A stretch of 46,001 bases of DNA, taken from NCBI GenBank assembly GCA_021163505.1, contig JAGGVE010000004.1, positions 1 to 46,001 on the forward strand, given 5' to 3'. The position numbers were made by a program, and so were the translations under genes. Below are positions 28,201-38,700 of the stretch, piece by piece. How positions within the stretch are numbered: position 1 is the stretch's first letter; each line of letters starts with the position of its first letter. The stretch comes from Candidatus Iainarchaeum sp. Lineage in GTDB: Archaea > Iainarchaeota > Iainarchaeia > Iainarchaeales > DTGL01. Under the pieces are notes generated by a model. The model saw nothing but the letters and a program-made list of their open reading frames with translations. It did not search any database and had not been told where the DNA came from.

Positions 28201-31200
28201 GAAGAGGTATTTAATATAACGCCACCAGAAGTAAAGATAGAGCTTAGCCCCATTGGTGGTGAATCACTGAGCTTCTCATTCGATGTGGAAAATATAAGCG
28301 CCATACCTATTGAGATAGAAAAAATAGAGTTTGAAAACGATGAGCTTGGCGAATACATCACAATAGAAGGTTTTGAAGATGCAAAAGGCGAAATTATAGA
28401 GCCCGGGAAGGCAATAACTGTAGAACTCAGTGCTACGCTTACAAACAAAGGCAAAAGAGTTGAAGAGATAACACAGCTTGAAAGCGCATTTACGGTTACT
28501 GTAACAAATAAAACGCTGGAAAAAAGCTGGGTAAAAAGCGCCAATCTCAGCGCAAGGATCATGCTTGAAGGTGCTTTGGAATCCACTGACTGCTTGGTAG
28601 TTGAACCCGCAAAGTGGGAAATAAACACAACAACAAAAGCGAAACAGTTAGCAGTTACTATAAAAAATATGTGTGCGGTAGGCACGCAACCTGCTCCTCT
28701 AAGAAATATTGAAATGAGAGTCTATTGGGGTGCTTCAGACGAGCTTGGAAAATTCAGTGTGACAAGCTCCGAGCTTGAGATTGAGAACGAAGAGCTTGGA
28801 AAAACATATATTGAATTGGCCCCATATGTCGAGCCAGAATTTGAGGATGAGATTATTGTTACATTTGTGCCAGATGAAGAGGTGGAAAGCGGCGAGGCAA
28901 ACGCAAAGATTCAGATAAGGGCAAAGCACGTAAGCAGTTCAGGAAAAGAAGAGGTGAAAACAGCTATTGATGTCTCCTTAACTGTTAATAATATTGCTGA
29001 ATGTGTAAAGGTAATCAAAAGGGAGCCTCTTGAGTTGCGCACCTGCGGTTATGATACTGGCTGGGGCAACTCAATGAGATACTTCGATAGAGACCCGTAT
29101 GCAAGCAGCACCCAGCCAGCAGGTTATCAGAGCCCACAACCAACAACATATATGCAACCATGGCAGATGCCCTGGCAGCCAACTTGGCCAAGCACCCAAG
29201 TACAGCAACCATGGCAAACAACCTATAGCCAAGGACCTTATAATACCCAGTGGCAATGCGAGAGTGAAAAGGCAGAAATAAGAGTAGAGAATAACTGCAC
29301 CACAGATGTCATTGTTTCTTTTGATGCTGCCTCTGCACTCACTTTAGAGCCAGAGGAGCTTGAGATAGCTTCAGGCGAAATTTCGAGCTTTGAGGTTTCT
29401 CCAACCGCTCGCATGGGAAAATATGACATAGTGGTAAGAGCTAAACCCAAAGGTTCCAAAGAGAAATGGAAAAAGATTGACAAGCTATATTTCACTGTAA
29501 TGCGATTCGATGATGTTTCGGAAAAATGCTATCCAATTATAGAGCCAACAACCCTCAGAACAAACTTCCTCGGGTGGCAGAAGGCAGCTGGTAAAATATA
29601 CAATAAATGTTACAACTTTGGGTACAGACTTGAACAAATAACAAAGGAAAATTTCCACTGCATGGACCCAGAAACAGGCGGAATGCAAATTGCACAGGGG
29701 GTCTGCCCGCTTATAAGAGAGGTATTCGTTTCGCCGCCTACTGTGCAGAAAGTATCTGATACTGAGACCTGGGAAGTTATGGAATTCAGCATATGGTACG
29801 ATCCAAACATAACCCAGCGCTGGCCGTTGCTATTAGAAGGGCCTATAGATAAGAGAATTGGGATGATAAGGGCAGCAAGCTCTTCACTATACAGCGCAGT
29901 GATCTCGCCTGGGGAAATATATGTACCCATGTATATACCGTTCCTTGGGCAGAAGAAATATTTCAAGGTGCAGGTTACATTTGAAGATCCATTCGAATGG
30001 TTCGGGGTGGCTGGAACGCTCATAGACGCTGGCGATCCCAATAAACAGCCATCTGAATGTGTAAACAAGGAAGCACTGAATGTTCCTGCAGCGGGTGAAG
30101 AATATCTTTACATTGGGGATGATCACTTCGCAAACGACATATTCACTTGGAAAGAAAATCCACCCAAAAGCGAGTGGGTAATGCCAGTCGCAACATCAAA
30201 TGAACAGATAATAGGCGTTCCTGGAGTCGAACAGGCATCAGGCTTCTGCGGAAGAAGTGACTATATAGAAAAGCTCCCATACACAACTTGGACAGATGCT
30301 GCTTCAGGCATCAAAATAACGTTTGAATTAACCCACAACAAGCATCATATTGTGATGAAAGTAGATAGAAGCGAGATGTTTACTAAATGTGCGCTTATAG
30401 ACTTCCAGTACCCAATAAAGGTAACAAGGGTGTTTAACAATCCAGGCACAGAAGAGGTTTTGCTACACGTAGCAGTAAATGTCCTGAATAAAGGTGTAAC
30501 AGAATATTATGAAGGCTGTGAATTTGAGGAAATGGAGAAAAAACCTGTGCCTGGCTGGGCAAATCTTGAGAGCTGTGATACTACTGGTGAAGCAATATAC
30601 TCACAGTACGGTTTTGATAAGTTACTATTCACATGGGAAGCCGACGAAATAACTCAAAACACATGTAGGACTAAGGAGCTTGGAGGGCAGGGATACTTCT
30701 GTGATGGAGCGCAGTTTTTGCTTTCAATATCTGGAGACTTGGTTAAGATAAAGAACAAAATAGAAGAACTGAACAATAGGATGAAAGAGGATCAATCGCT
30801 TGTGCTCACAGCAAAAGCGATACATGAAAATTCAGAGCTGGAAAGCGAGCTCATGGAACCGGGTAAGATGTATAAAATAATGAAGAAGCAAACAATAGTA
30901 AACGATAGCGTGCAGAACAAAAATTTGCTTGTATTTTTGCAGAGTCAATCGTATGGCGGGGGAATGTTACCCGCACCCTCTCTATCAGCGGATTCGTGCG
31001 ACCTCTCAGAGCTTGAAAGCGATTTATCTGGACTTGTTGAAAACCTCAGCACTGAAACGGAAGAATTCACAACCTTAAGACTGCTGGGATTCAGAAGAAG
31101 ATTTGAAGCAAAGCTTAGGGAATGTTATGGTTCAGACATAACTACTGAAAATGTGATTGGTATAATAGCGCCTGAAATGGACTATGCAGTTAGCGGCACG

Positions 31201-32694
31201 GAAGCGAGCGAAGCATGGGGCGTTCTTTCCGCTCCCGCGATAGGAGAAATGCCAATAATAGAACATAATGATAGCGTTAATGCCTATGTTATAACGTTTG
31301 AGGAATACATGGCAATTCACAACCAGATACTTCAAGGAATTTTGAGCAACATAAGAAGCGGGCAGAGAGATTCGCCAATAGTGGTTAACATTGGTGGTTT
31401 AAGCATGCAGAGCAACGAAGCCGTATGGCTCAGCTTCCTGCAGATGCTAAAAGAAAACATAGAGTTTAAACTTGTTGTTATCAATAAGCCGGGGATGAGC
31501 CCGGCTCTGGAAGAGTATGTAAAAGAGTACGCCGAAAATGCTGTTCAGGCAGAATCTAACGAAACTCCTGAGGACATAATATTCTCTGCCAATATAAAAA
31601 CAGATAACCTAAGCCCTCAATTTGTGAGCGATTTTCTCGCAGCATATCCTAAGATTCCTATAAACCCAGACCAGATAGAATTCAAACAATACATGCACCT
31701 CGAAAATTCGCTGTTCAGTGAAGAAACAAATAGCAAAAGGGTTAGCAGCGGGCAATACGCATACAGAATAGAACCAAAAATTATGTTTGATTTTAGCAAT
31801 AGCATTGCAACAGTAGCGTTAGATAAATTTATAGTAAAACTTTATCAGGAAAAGAGTTTGGAAGGCATCGATAGCGAAAAAGGAACCTCTTATGCTGAAA
31901 ACCCATTAATGTACCTTTCATTTGATGCGCCGCTTGGCAGAGGTTCTTCAAGTGCAGATTATGGAATTGCATTTTCGTCACTTCCAGAAAAGAAGCTCTA
32001 CTACAATTGGACAGACGAAGCGAGTTCTATGGCAGAAATAGCAGAGCGCTCGCCTGGAATAAGAACAATAACTATGGAGTTTAGCGACAAATTTGAAAAG
32101 ACAAGGGAGGGTAAAGTGATAGAGCTTGACCTTAGCAAGAACAAACTGAAATACTACCCTTCATATCCAGTGAGCCTAAAGGTCAGCTCCTCAAGCGGGC
32201 AAAACAACATTCTGTTCTATAGGTTTAATATTCCTTCATATTATGGAAATGTAAATGCATTATTTGCATGGTTTTCGCTCAACACAGATCAGGTACAAAC
32301 GCCTGTAGATGAATTTAAGACGTTTGAGCCTGCAGCTTTCTGTGAAGGCTGGACAGAGCCAAGTGAGATGGCAAAGTTATTCCTGCCACCTGGCGACTGG
32401 TACTCAATAACTTTTGTTCCTTACGCCACCACAGGAGAAACCTTGCAACTTGAGCTTAGCTGTGCAATGCAACCAGCGGTTATGCAGGCAAAGGTATTTG
32501 AAGGGAGTGAAACCCAAACAGAGCTTACTACTGGCTTGCCCGGTGGTTCAGTAAAGCTGAACGAACCAGGGAATCCACCATCAATAAAAGAATATTTAGA
32601 AAGGATAAAGAATGGCGAGATTTGTGTAGATACTATAAGCAAAAAGGAGCTCTTATTAAGATGGAATCCAAATGCGGTAGAGCTGCCAGGATAG
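25246..32694 (+). CDS. Giant membrane-anchored protein 2 (2482 aa), paralog with Q/P/W-rich insertion
   Basis: TM AFFALIIAIIVVIFILLGGL. V.D....PI.GA.V repeats. Core motifs AGLHIRTG, KWANIEW, YRGYA...RDPSD...LYAKTY. FCDGAQF motif. C-terminal ICV...RWNP. Confidence 0.92.
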   Translation: MDLREKWEDFMFWLEDHNIPKPAFFALIIAIIVVIFILLGGLELIIPAPREEVTLNVIVLDRKENPIEGASVTIKSEELTKVEETNENGIATFLVYKDSEVIIEVSYEGETARETITVEGFTEKRIMLDIELITYADKKIVFFKEGTDEKYTDIESIDAACSNADWHQSNSQVINGEVLLRRVPSNCGKLSIKVNGEWHEVSAEGTEPVRIYLKEEVKKGRLIVKVVDSEGVPIGANAVEVRIKNSVGQYVGSQKTNASDTVVFDELLPDRYEITASGEHYKPSTSSAEVKGGKDTVKTMYVEPLVTGFPIKIRVVDTKGFGVKNVELQLRDSETQQILVNKQFTDAKGEYVFNVPEEKEYLIILALPNGWKKQIKAVPKEEFYEVTYDEEELEEGGTVVIEVKDQENEPLESATVELYTMEHNTSGYACATGADGFCEIEHVEPGRYYAQVKLYSYSPAISEDFEVLPGETTTVGPVTLEVDKGVFEFTVLNENSEPIAGAKIDAYDIDGERLIKSGSTNEEGIATLSIRTNVLPYFVIYAKGYLPYITAPIAPVANLTIEKKVVLQKEFSGIKVEFKGLEYEGEMIEDSVSPGTEYKGTFLLIVGKSGYSKAGLHIRTGSDTIGKVNKVESDNGYIKQIIVYATKLVKGSTYTPLKGEATDLKSIAKEESKWANIEWNLSDKLKKGVFEVEAAIVVRDSAITGDIFKLSYRGYAVSTAYDRDPSDEVLGSQKSTAEKDSLYAKTYDIVYSIGVSNLCDDSFCQSYFIEDLQKKTRLAIIDTYSARIGNRYKLHFTINNKTLELSEAEMKLKNEQRGLQFGAYKVYGTGGKEVTGNIDSSSGTISIGTFTSKSTIAGEVEFETIKDGTQVITIELQNGAETVLEKEITIEIPEGKEMMLEVVPKNIVAMIDNELLFKVSDKESEEAIQDASITLTLDDKHLTTGTTNSEGVFAFTLEAPSAGSKLKVRAMKPGYRPISRTIEISEEVFNITPPEVKIELSPIGGESLSFSFDVENISAIPIEIEKIEFENDELGEYITIEGFEDAKGEIIEPGKAITVELSATLTNKGKRVEEITQLESAFTVTVTNKTLEKSWVKSANLSARIMLEGALESTDCLVVEPAKWEINTTTKAKQLAVTIKNMCAVGTQPAPLRNIEMRVYWGASDELGKFSVTSSELEIENEELGKTYIELAPYVEPEFEDEIIVTFVPDEEVESGEANAKIQIRAKHVSSSGKEEVKTAIDVSLTVNNIAECVKVIKREPLELRTCGYDTGWGNSMRYFDRDPYASSTQPAGYQSPQPTTYMQPWQMPWQPTWPSTQVQQPWQTTYSQGPYNTQWQCESEKAEIRVENNCTTDVIVSFDAASALTLEPEELEIASGEISSFEVSPTARMGKYDIVVRAKPKGSKEKWKKIDKLYFTVMRFDDVSEKCYPIIEPTTLRTNFLGWQKAAGKIYNKCYNFGYRLEQITKENFHCMDPETGGMQIAQGVCPLIREVFVSPPTVQKVSDTETWEVMEFSIWYDPNITQRWPLLLEGPIDKRIGMIRAASSSLYSAVISPGEIYVPMYIPFLGQKKYFKVQVTFEDPFEWFGVAGTLIDAGDPNKQPSECVNKEALNVPAAGEEYLYIGDDHFANDIFTWKENPPKSEWVMPVATSNEQIIGVPGVEQASGFCGRSDYIEKLPYTTWTDAASGIKITFELTHNKHHIVMKVDRSEMFTKCALIDFQYPIKVTRVFNNPGTEEVLLHVAVNVLNKGVTEYYEGCEFEEMEKKPVPGWANLESCDTTGEAIYSQYGFDKLLFTWEADEITQNTCRTKELGGQGYFCDGAQFLLSISGDLVKIKNKIEELNNRMKEDQSLVLTAKAIHENSELESELMEPGKMYKIMKKQTIVNDSVQNKNLLVFLQSQSYGGGMLPAPSLSADSCDLSELESDLSGLVENLSTETEEFTTLRLLGFRRRFEAKLRECYGSDITTENVIGIIAPEMDYAVSGTEASEAWGVLSAPAIGEMPIIEHNDSVNAYVITFEEYMAIHNQILQGILSNIRSGQRDSPIVVNIGGLSMQSNEAVWLSFLQMLKENIEFKLVVINKPGMSPALEEYVKEYAENAVQAESNETPEDIIFSANIKTDNLSPQFVSDFLAAYPKIPINPDQIEFKQYMHLENSLFSEETNSKRVSSGQYAYRIEPKIMFDFSNSIATVALDKFIVKLYQEKSLEGIDSEKGTSYAENPLMYLSFDAPLGRGSSSADYGIAFSSLPEKKLYYNWTDEASSMAEIAERSPGIRTITMEFSDKFEKTREGKVIELDLSKNKLKYYPSYPVSLKVSSSSGQNNILFYRFNIPSYYGNVNALFAWFSLNTDQVQTPVDEFKTFEPAAFCEGWTEPSEMAKLFLPPGDWYSITFVPYATTGETLQLELSCAMQPAVMQAKVFEGSETQTELTTGLPGGSVKLNEPGNPPSIKEYLERIKNGEICVDTISKKELLLRWNPNAVELPG

Positions 32695-32795
32695 AAATAT
32701 TAAATAGAATAAACAAATACATAAATTAAATAAAAACAAAAAAATAGAAAGGAATAAAATAAAAAATGATAATCAATTAATATGAGGAAGTTAAC

Positions 32796-35700
32796 ATGGG
32801 CATACTGCAGTCGCTGAAAGACCTTTATTATCACTTAGAGGATAAATATTATGACCTTATAGACCGAATAAGCACACGCATTCCTATCTACAAAGTTACA
32901 GATGCGATAGATAAGGTTGTGCCTTCCTTTGCGTTGCTTCTTCTGATAATAGCTGTTCTAATTGGTTATGTTCTCATAAGCTTCACACCAGCAATAATGC
33001 CAAAAAAAGCAGAGATAAGCGTGCTTGTTGAATACAGGGATCGATATGGCGCAAAGTACCCTCTTGAAGGCGCATCTGTAACTATCATAAACGGTGAGCT
33101 TTCTACAACAATTGACACCAATGAAGATGGAATGTTGAGCACGCCGTATTATGCAAAGATCGGCGATGTTATTCAGATAAGCATAGCGAAAGATGGTTTC
33201 AAGCCAAAACCTTATTCAACAGAGCTTGAGGTTGATAGCGAAATAGAACACATACATGTTGTTCTTGATGAAATAATAAAATTCAAAGATGTTAGATTTA
33301 GGCTTGTTGATGAAGATGGCAACCCTATTGCAAACAAATTTGTTAGCTTGAGCTTTGAATGCGGCAACGATGCTGAAGCCCCAGCAGATATAGAAACAAT
33401 GACTGATTATACAGGGCTTGTGGAAGTGAACGATGTCCCTATTGAATGCGACCCGTTGCTAGTTTCTGTGAGCGCCAAGGGTTATGAAGCATTGGTGCGC
33501 GAGCCCGTTAGGGACGGCTCAGCCATTGTATTGAAACCAAAAGAAGAATTGAAACCACCGGAGGAGAAAGGCAGAATTATTGTAAGTGTACTTTTTAAAG
33601 GCGAACCTGTAACAGACCCTATTGCGGTTGAGCTCTACAAAGACACTGGCGCAGCACCGATGTTTATGGAGTATAAAACAACAGACAATGGGCAGGTTAT
33701 ATTCGAGGTGCTCGCTGGCACTTATAAAGTAAAAACTCGCGCAACTCAGAAATATGATAGCGCCGAATCCAATTTTATCACAGTGGGAGCAGACGAATAC
33801 AGAACAGTTACACTAGAGATTAGAGAAAGGATAATAGGTCACATAAAATTAAAAGTGATTGATGAAGCAAACGAAGAGCCATTAAAGGATGTCAGAGTAA
33901 CCCTGATGAAAGAATCAACGCAAGTAGCTTTCGATGAAACTGACGAAAATGGCTATGTGCAGTTCAACTTAACTAAAGATGAAAGCTTTACTGTGGTAAT
34001 AGATCACCCTGAATATTGTTTGGCACGCTTAACAGATGTGCGGAAGTCAGATAGCGTAATAGAAGTGAAGCTTAAGAAATACACAGGTGATTGTGGCGGC
34101 GTGCTCATAGCGAAAGTTGTAGATGAAGATGATAACCCTATTGCAAATGCAATGGTTGGAATATTTGACGAAAAAGGCAATTCTTTAGGCTGGGCTGAGC
34201 GCATTACTGATATAAATGGTGAGGCAGAGTTTAAAGGTCTGCGTGCAGGCAAATACAAGTTCTTTGCATACAAGGGTTATGGAAGCGGTTGGAGCGATGT
34301 TGTTGAATATCGTGTAAGAGAAGCGGTGGAGGAAAGAGCAACAATTGTGCTGCATATTCCAAAAGCAACAATCGAGCTAAGGGTTGTTAATTATGACTCT
34401 GAGCCCTTGCCGTTCAGTGATGTAACGCTGAAGAATGCCGACACAGATAAGCTGCTTGCAGGACCTGTAAAGGTTGAGGACCTAAACGGAAAAATAAGCT
34501 TTACTGTTGATGCTGGCATACCTTTCTACGCGTACATAACAAATCCGCAATATGCAAGCTACTCTACAGAAGCAATAACCTTAAAGCCCAATGAGCAGCG
34601 TTTTATGCAGGTTGTGCTCGAGCCAAAACGCATAAGTGGCGAAATAAAAGTAGACTTCTTGGGGCTGTTTAAAGGTGATAAAACCGCTTCGGTGGTTGCA
34701 GCAGGCAAGGAATATATCGCTAAATTCAGGCTTTCAGTACCAGAACAAGCAAACTACCAAAAGTTCGGCCTGCATATAAGGACTGGCAAATACAACATGA
34801 TGGAAAAAGACTTTATATATATTAAGGACGTTTATGCACCAGGCAAGCCAAATATTATAAGGGGCACTTCATTTAACCCGGGGCAGGGAATAACCTACGA
34901 TACGCAATTCTTAAGCGCCGATGGCTCAAAATGGGTGAATTTGGAATGGGCCAGCGGCAGAACAGGAACAATCTATGTAAATGCTAGAATAAAGATTAAA
35001 AAAACAGCGGTTGAAGAAGAACTACCAATATTCTGGCGCGCATGGGCTGTAAAAGAAAACAAGGTAATAAGAGACCCGGTTGATTATTCGCTAGGAGATA
35101 CTGCAAGCGAACAGGATCTATATGCAAGGGCCTACAAGCGCACGTTCCAAGTCGGTATGGAAAAGCTCTGTACAGATAAATGGTGCGTATCCCTGAAGAT
35201 TTTAGATATAGAGAACGACATAGCTGAATATGTGGATGAGACCTACAGTGCAAAGGTAGGCAAAGAGTATAAGCTCTCTTTCAGCATATTGAATAACAGC
35301 CCATACGAAACAGACACATTCGATAACGTGCAGCTGAAAATACTAAACAGCGAGAAAAACATAACTTTCAAAGAGTATGAAATTATAGGCGATACAATCA
35401 CACAAGGAACAGCAAATGCTAATGAAACTTCTTATATAAAAATAGGCAACCTGCCTAGGAATAAGGAAGTTCGCGGTGAAATAACATTTGTACCTAATGC
35501 AGCAATGGCGGGAACAATAATGATAAGGCTTCATGATCCGGCAAGGCATGCGCACATATTTGAGAAGGAAATTCTGGTTGATATTGCTGCTGCAAACGAG
35601 TTTATTGTTGAATTCAAAACTGCAAGCGAGGAGTTTGCAGCAGAACCTCCGCTACTGCCAAGCGGTATAGAGAACACCGTGGTTATAAGGGTGCGTGACA

Positions 35701-38700
35701 AAGCTACCGAACTAGAGGTAAGTGAGGCTAGCGTAAAGATAAAGGATAAATTTGGAGCAACTCTTGTAAGCACAAGTACTACATCGCGAGGCTTAGCAGA
35801 GATTACGTTGCCTGCATTAATGCCTGCTGATGTCATTTATTTAGTTGTTGAGAAACCAGACTATGCTGAATTCACGAAAGAAATAAGAGTTGATGAGAAG
35901 GTGCTCAAGATAGAGCCTGAAAAAATAGGCATTCAGCTCAATGTGCATACAAAACCTCTGGATTCCGTTACCGTAAGGCTTCTAAACGAAACAGAGATGG
36001 AGCTGAAGGTTGAATCTATCGAGCTTAGGGGCGACTTCTTAGGTTTAATAGATAATGAAAAGGTGCACGATTGGCTGACTTCAGAATACTTCGGGAGAAC
36101 TATTGCTGCAAGAGACAAGCTTGATATTGCTCTTAAGGTGCAGCTTAGCGATTTGGGAAAGCTCCTGAACGAAAGCAAGCAGCTATCTGGAAAGCTTATT
36201 ATCGTTGTTTCAAGTGCTGGGCAAAGCTGGCTCGCGGAGAGAGACGTTGATATAACTATTGGCTTAGGTGGTGAAGTGGACAATCCTGCCTGCCTAATTT
36301 TAAGTATAAATGAGTGGAAAGCTGCAACGAAAAGCAACGAGGTAAGAACAGATTTCACAATAGTAAACACCTGCACACTAAACGGAAAACCTATAAAGCT
36401 CCAGAATCTAAGTGCAAAGATTGAATGGCAAAGCAACCAGCTTGGCGACTATTATATAGAAATGGGCGAAAATACCATTGAGTTGCGCGGAGCATACTTC
36501 AAAGTGCTCAGGGGCACAATAAATGAAGAAGAAGAGCTGCCCGCAATGTTAACATTTGCTCCAGATGGCGGTGTGACAGGTAAAGCCCAAGCAACGATAA
36601 CTATAAGCGCTGAACACCCAACGCAGGGTGGGAAAGAAGTACTAACTGCTTCAATACAGACCGAGATAGATATTATAAGCCTTGATAACTGCGTGAGGTT
36701 TGATAAAGACCTTGTGAGAGTAAAGCCCGGTGAAGAGGGAAGCTTCACTATAGAAACTAAGGACTGTGGTGCAGCAGTTGACTTCATGTTAGACACTGAA
36801 TTGGCGCTCGCTGAGAAGGAATTTACTCTACAATCCTCAGATTCGAAACAGGTTACCATTTTAGGTGGCGAATACATTCCGGGGCAGTATCCAATCTACG
36901 TGAAGACGCGTAGTGTAGGAGAAAGCGAATACTCCATAAAGAAATTGATAAGGGTAATAATGGAACCAGAAGGCTGCCTGCGATTGAACCGCTATGAATA
37001 CGATATCTATGATGATCCAAACGACCCTTACGATGGCTTCGACGTCGGAAAGCTTATAAATGAATGCTACAAAAAGAAAGAAAACATTACAATAAGCTTC
37101 GATGAGCGCAATTGGCTTGAAGCAATGAAAACAGGTGCTGTCTGGGCAATAGTTGGTTTTATCTATGGTGGCATTCAGTCGGTAAGGCATGGCAAGGACT
37201 TCTTTGGGTTCCCGTTGCCTTCTACTGTCTGCGAGGAAGCTGGTTATGAATACTGCGGCGCAAAGATGGAGTGTAAAGGAGAGAAAATAAAGGTTGTAAA
37301 TAATGTAACGTGCTGTGCTTCTGAGTGCATAGCTGAGGAAGTAGACGTCAAAGAAAAAATCTGTGCTAAGAAAGGAGCTCGCTACTGCGGCTTCGGTAAC
37401 TGTCCAGAAGGCAAGGAAAAGATAGTTGAAGGTGTGAAGTGTTGCACAGATAAATGCATAACTGAACAGTTGTTAGAGAATAGCGATGCTAAATGTAAGG
37501 ATGTTAACGAAAACTACGACTTCTGCTCGGTGCCGCCATTTTCGGATGTAGAAGAGATATGTCCAGCGCAGTATGGTTATGAACGCGTTGGTGATATTTG
37601 GTGCTGTAGAGGACCTTGTCAGAAAGCCCAGCCGTCTTTGTTTGAAGAGATATGTAAAAATCCAGGTAGCGGCGAGGGGCCTTTCTATTATTGTAATCCA
37701 ACACTAGGGGAGAGCTGTCCTTCTGAGGATAAAATCGTGAACGTTTCGGGTGTTGCTTGCTGCACGGTAGAATGTGTCGGCGGAGCAACTGGAACAGAGA
37801 CTCCAAATGAATCCAAACTAAGCCCGGAAAATGCACTGTCAGCATGCCAGCAGGCAAACCCAACATATACTTACTGCAATCCTGCTGCAAACCTTACTTG
37901 TAAAGCGCTACCTGGCGCTGAACTCAACCCAATAGTTGAAGTCACCTATGTAAATGATGCTACTGGGGAGGAGATTCCAATAAATTGCTGTGATACTCGC
38001 TATGGTCAGTGCGTAGCTGAAACAACCCAACCTGCAAAAACTGGAGAAATGTCGCCTGCGGATACGCAAGAAAGCTTAACCTGCTATAATGAAGGAATGG
38101 GCCCATATTGCCCAAAGCGCGAAGGCATGGAAAGCTTCTGCGAGAACCAAGCTGATGGCACAACTGCATTACCGATAATGACTAATGGTGTTCCATGCTG
38201 TCCAAAAGGGTTCAACTGTGAGTATGCGCAGGCTGGAAGCAATACTTACGTTAGCGGTGATGCTGTAGTACAGATAGGCGCTCCGTGCCCAAAAGCCGGC
38301 TATGGTGTGCAATGTCCAATAGAAGGAACATGTTCAAGCACATATTGCGGAAACTGCATTAAAAACCCCAGAAAACCTTTAAAAGTGTCGACTACGTATT
38401 GCTGCCCCTACTCCAGCTACAATAAGTGCATTCTTCCAGACGGCCGCGAGGTTGTTGAAGGTCAGACTTATACACAAGCAGCAACGCAAACACAAACACC
38501 AGGAAACGCAGCGAGCACTCAATACACATATTCAAATGAACAGATCTGTGCGCAACCAAGCCTAATAGACCCGCGATGGCCGGCTGGTGTGTATAATTAC
38601 TACTATTGTCACTCTGGCGAAGAATGTAGTGGAAGTCCTGTAAAAATATATTATAACGGAGATTATTCACAAGGATACGTTGAGTGTTGCGATGGCGCTT

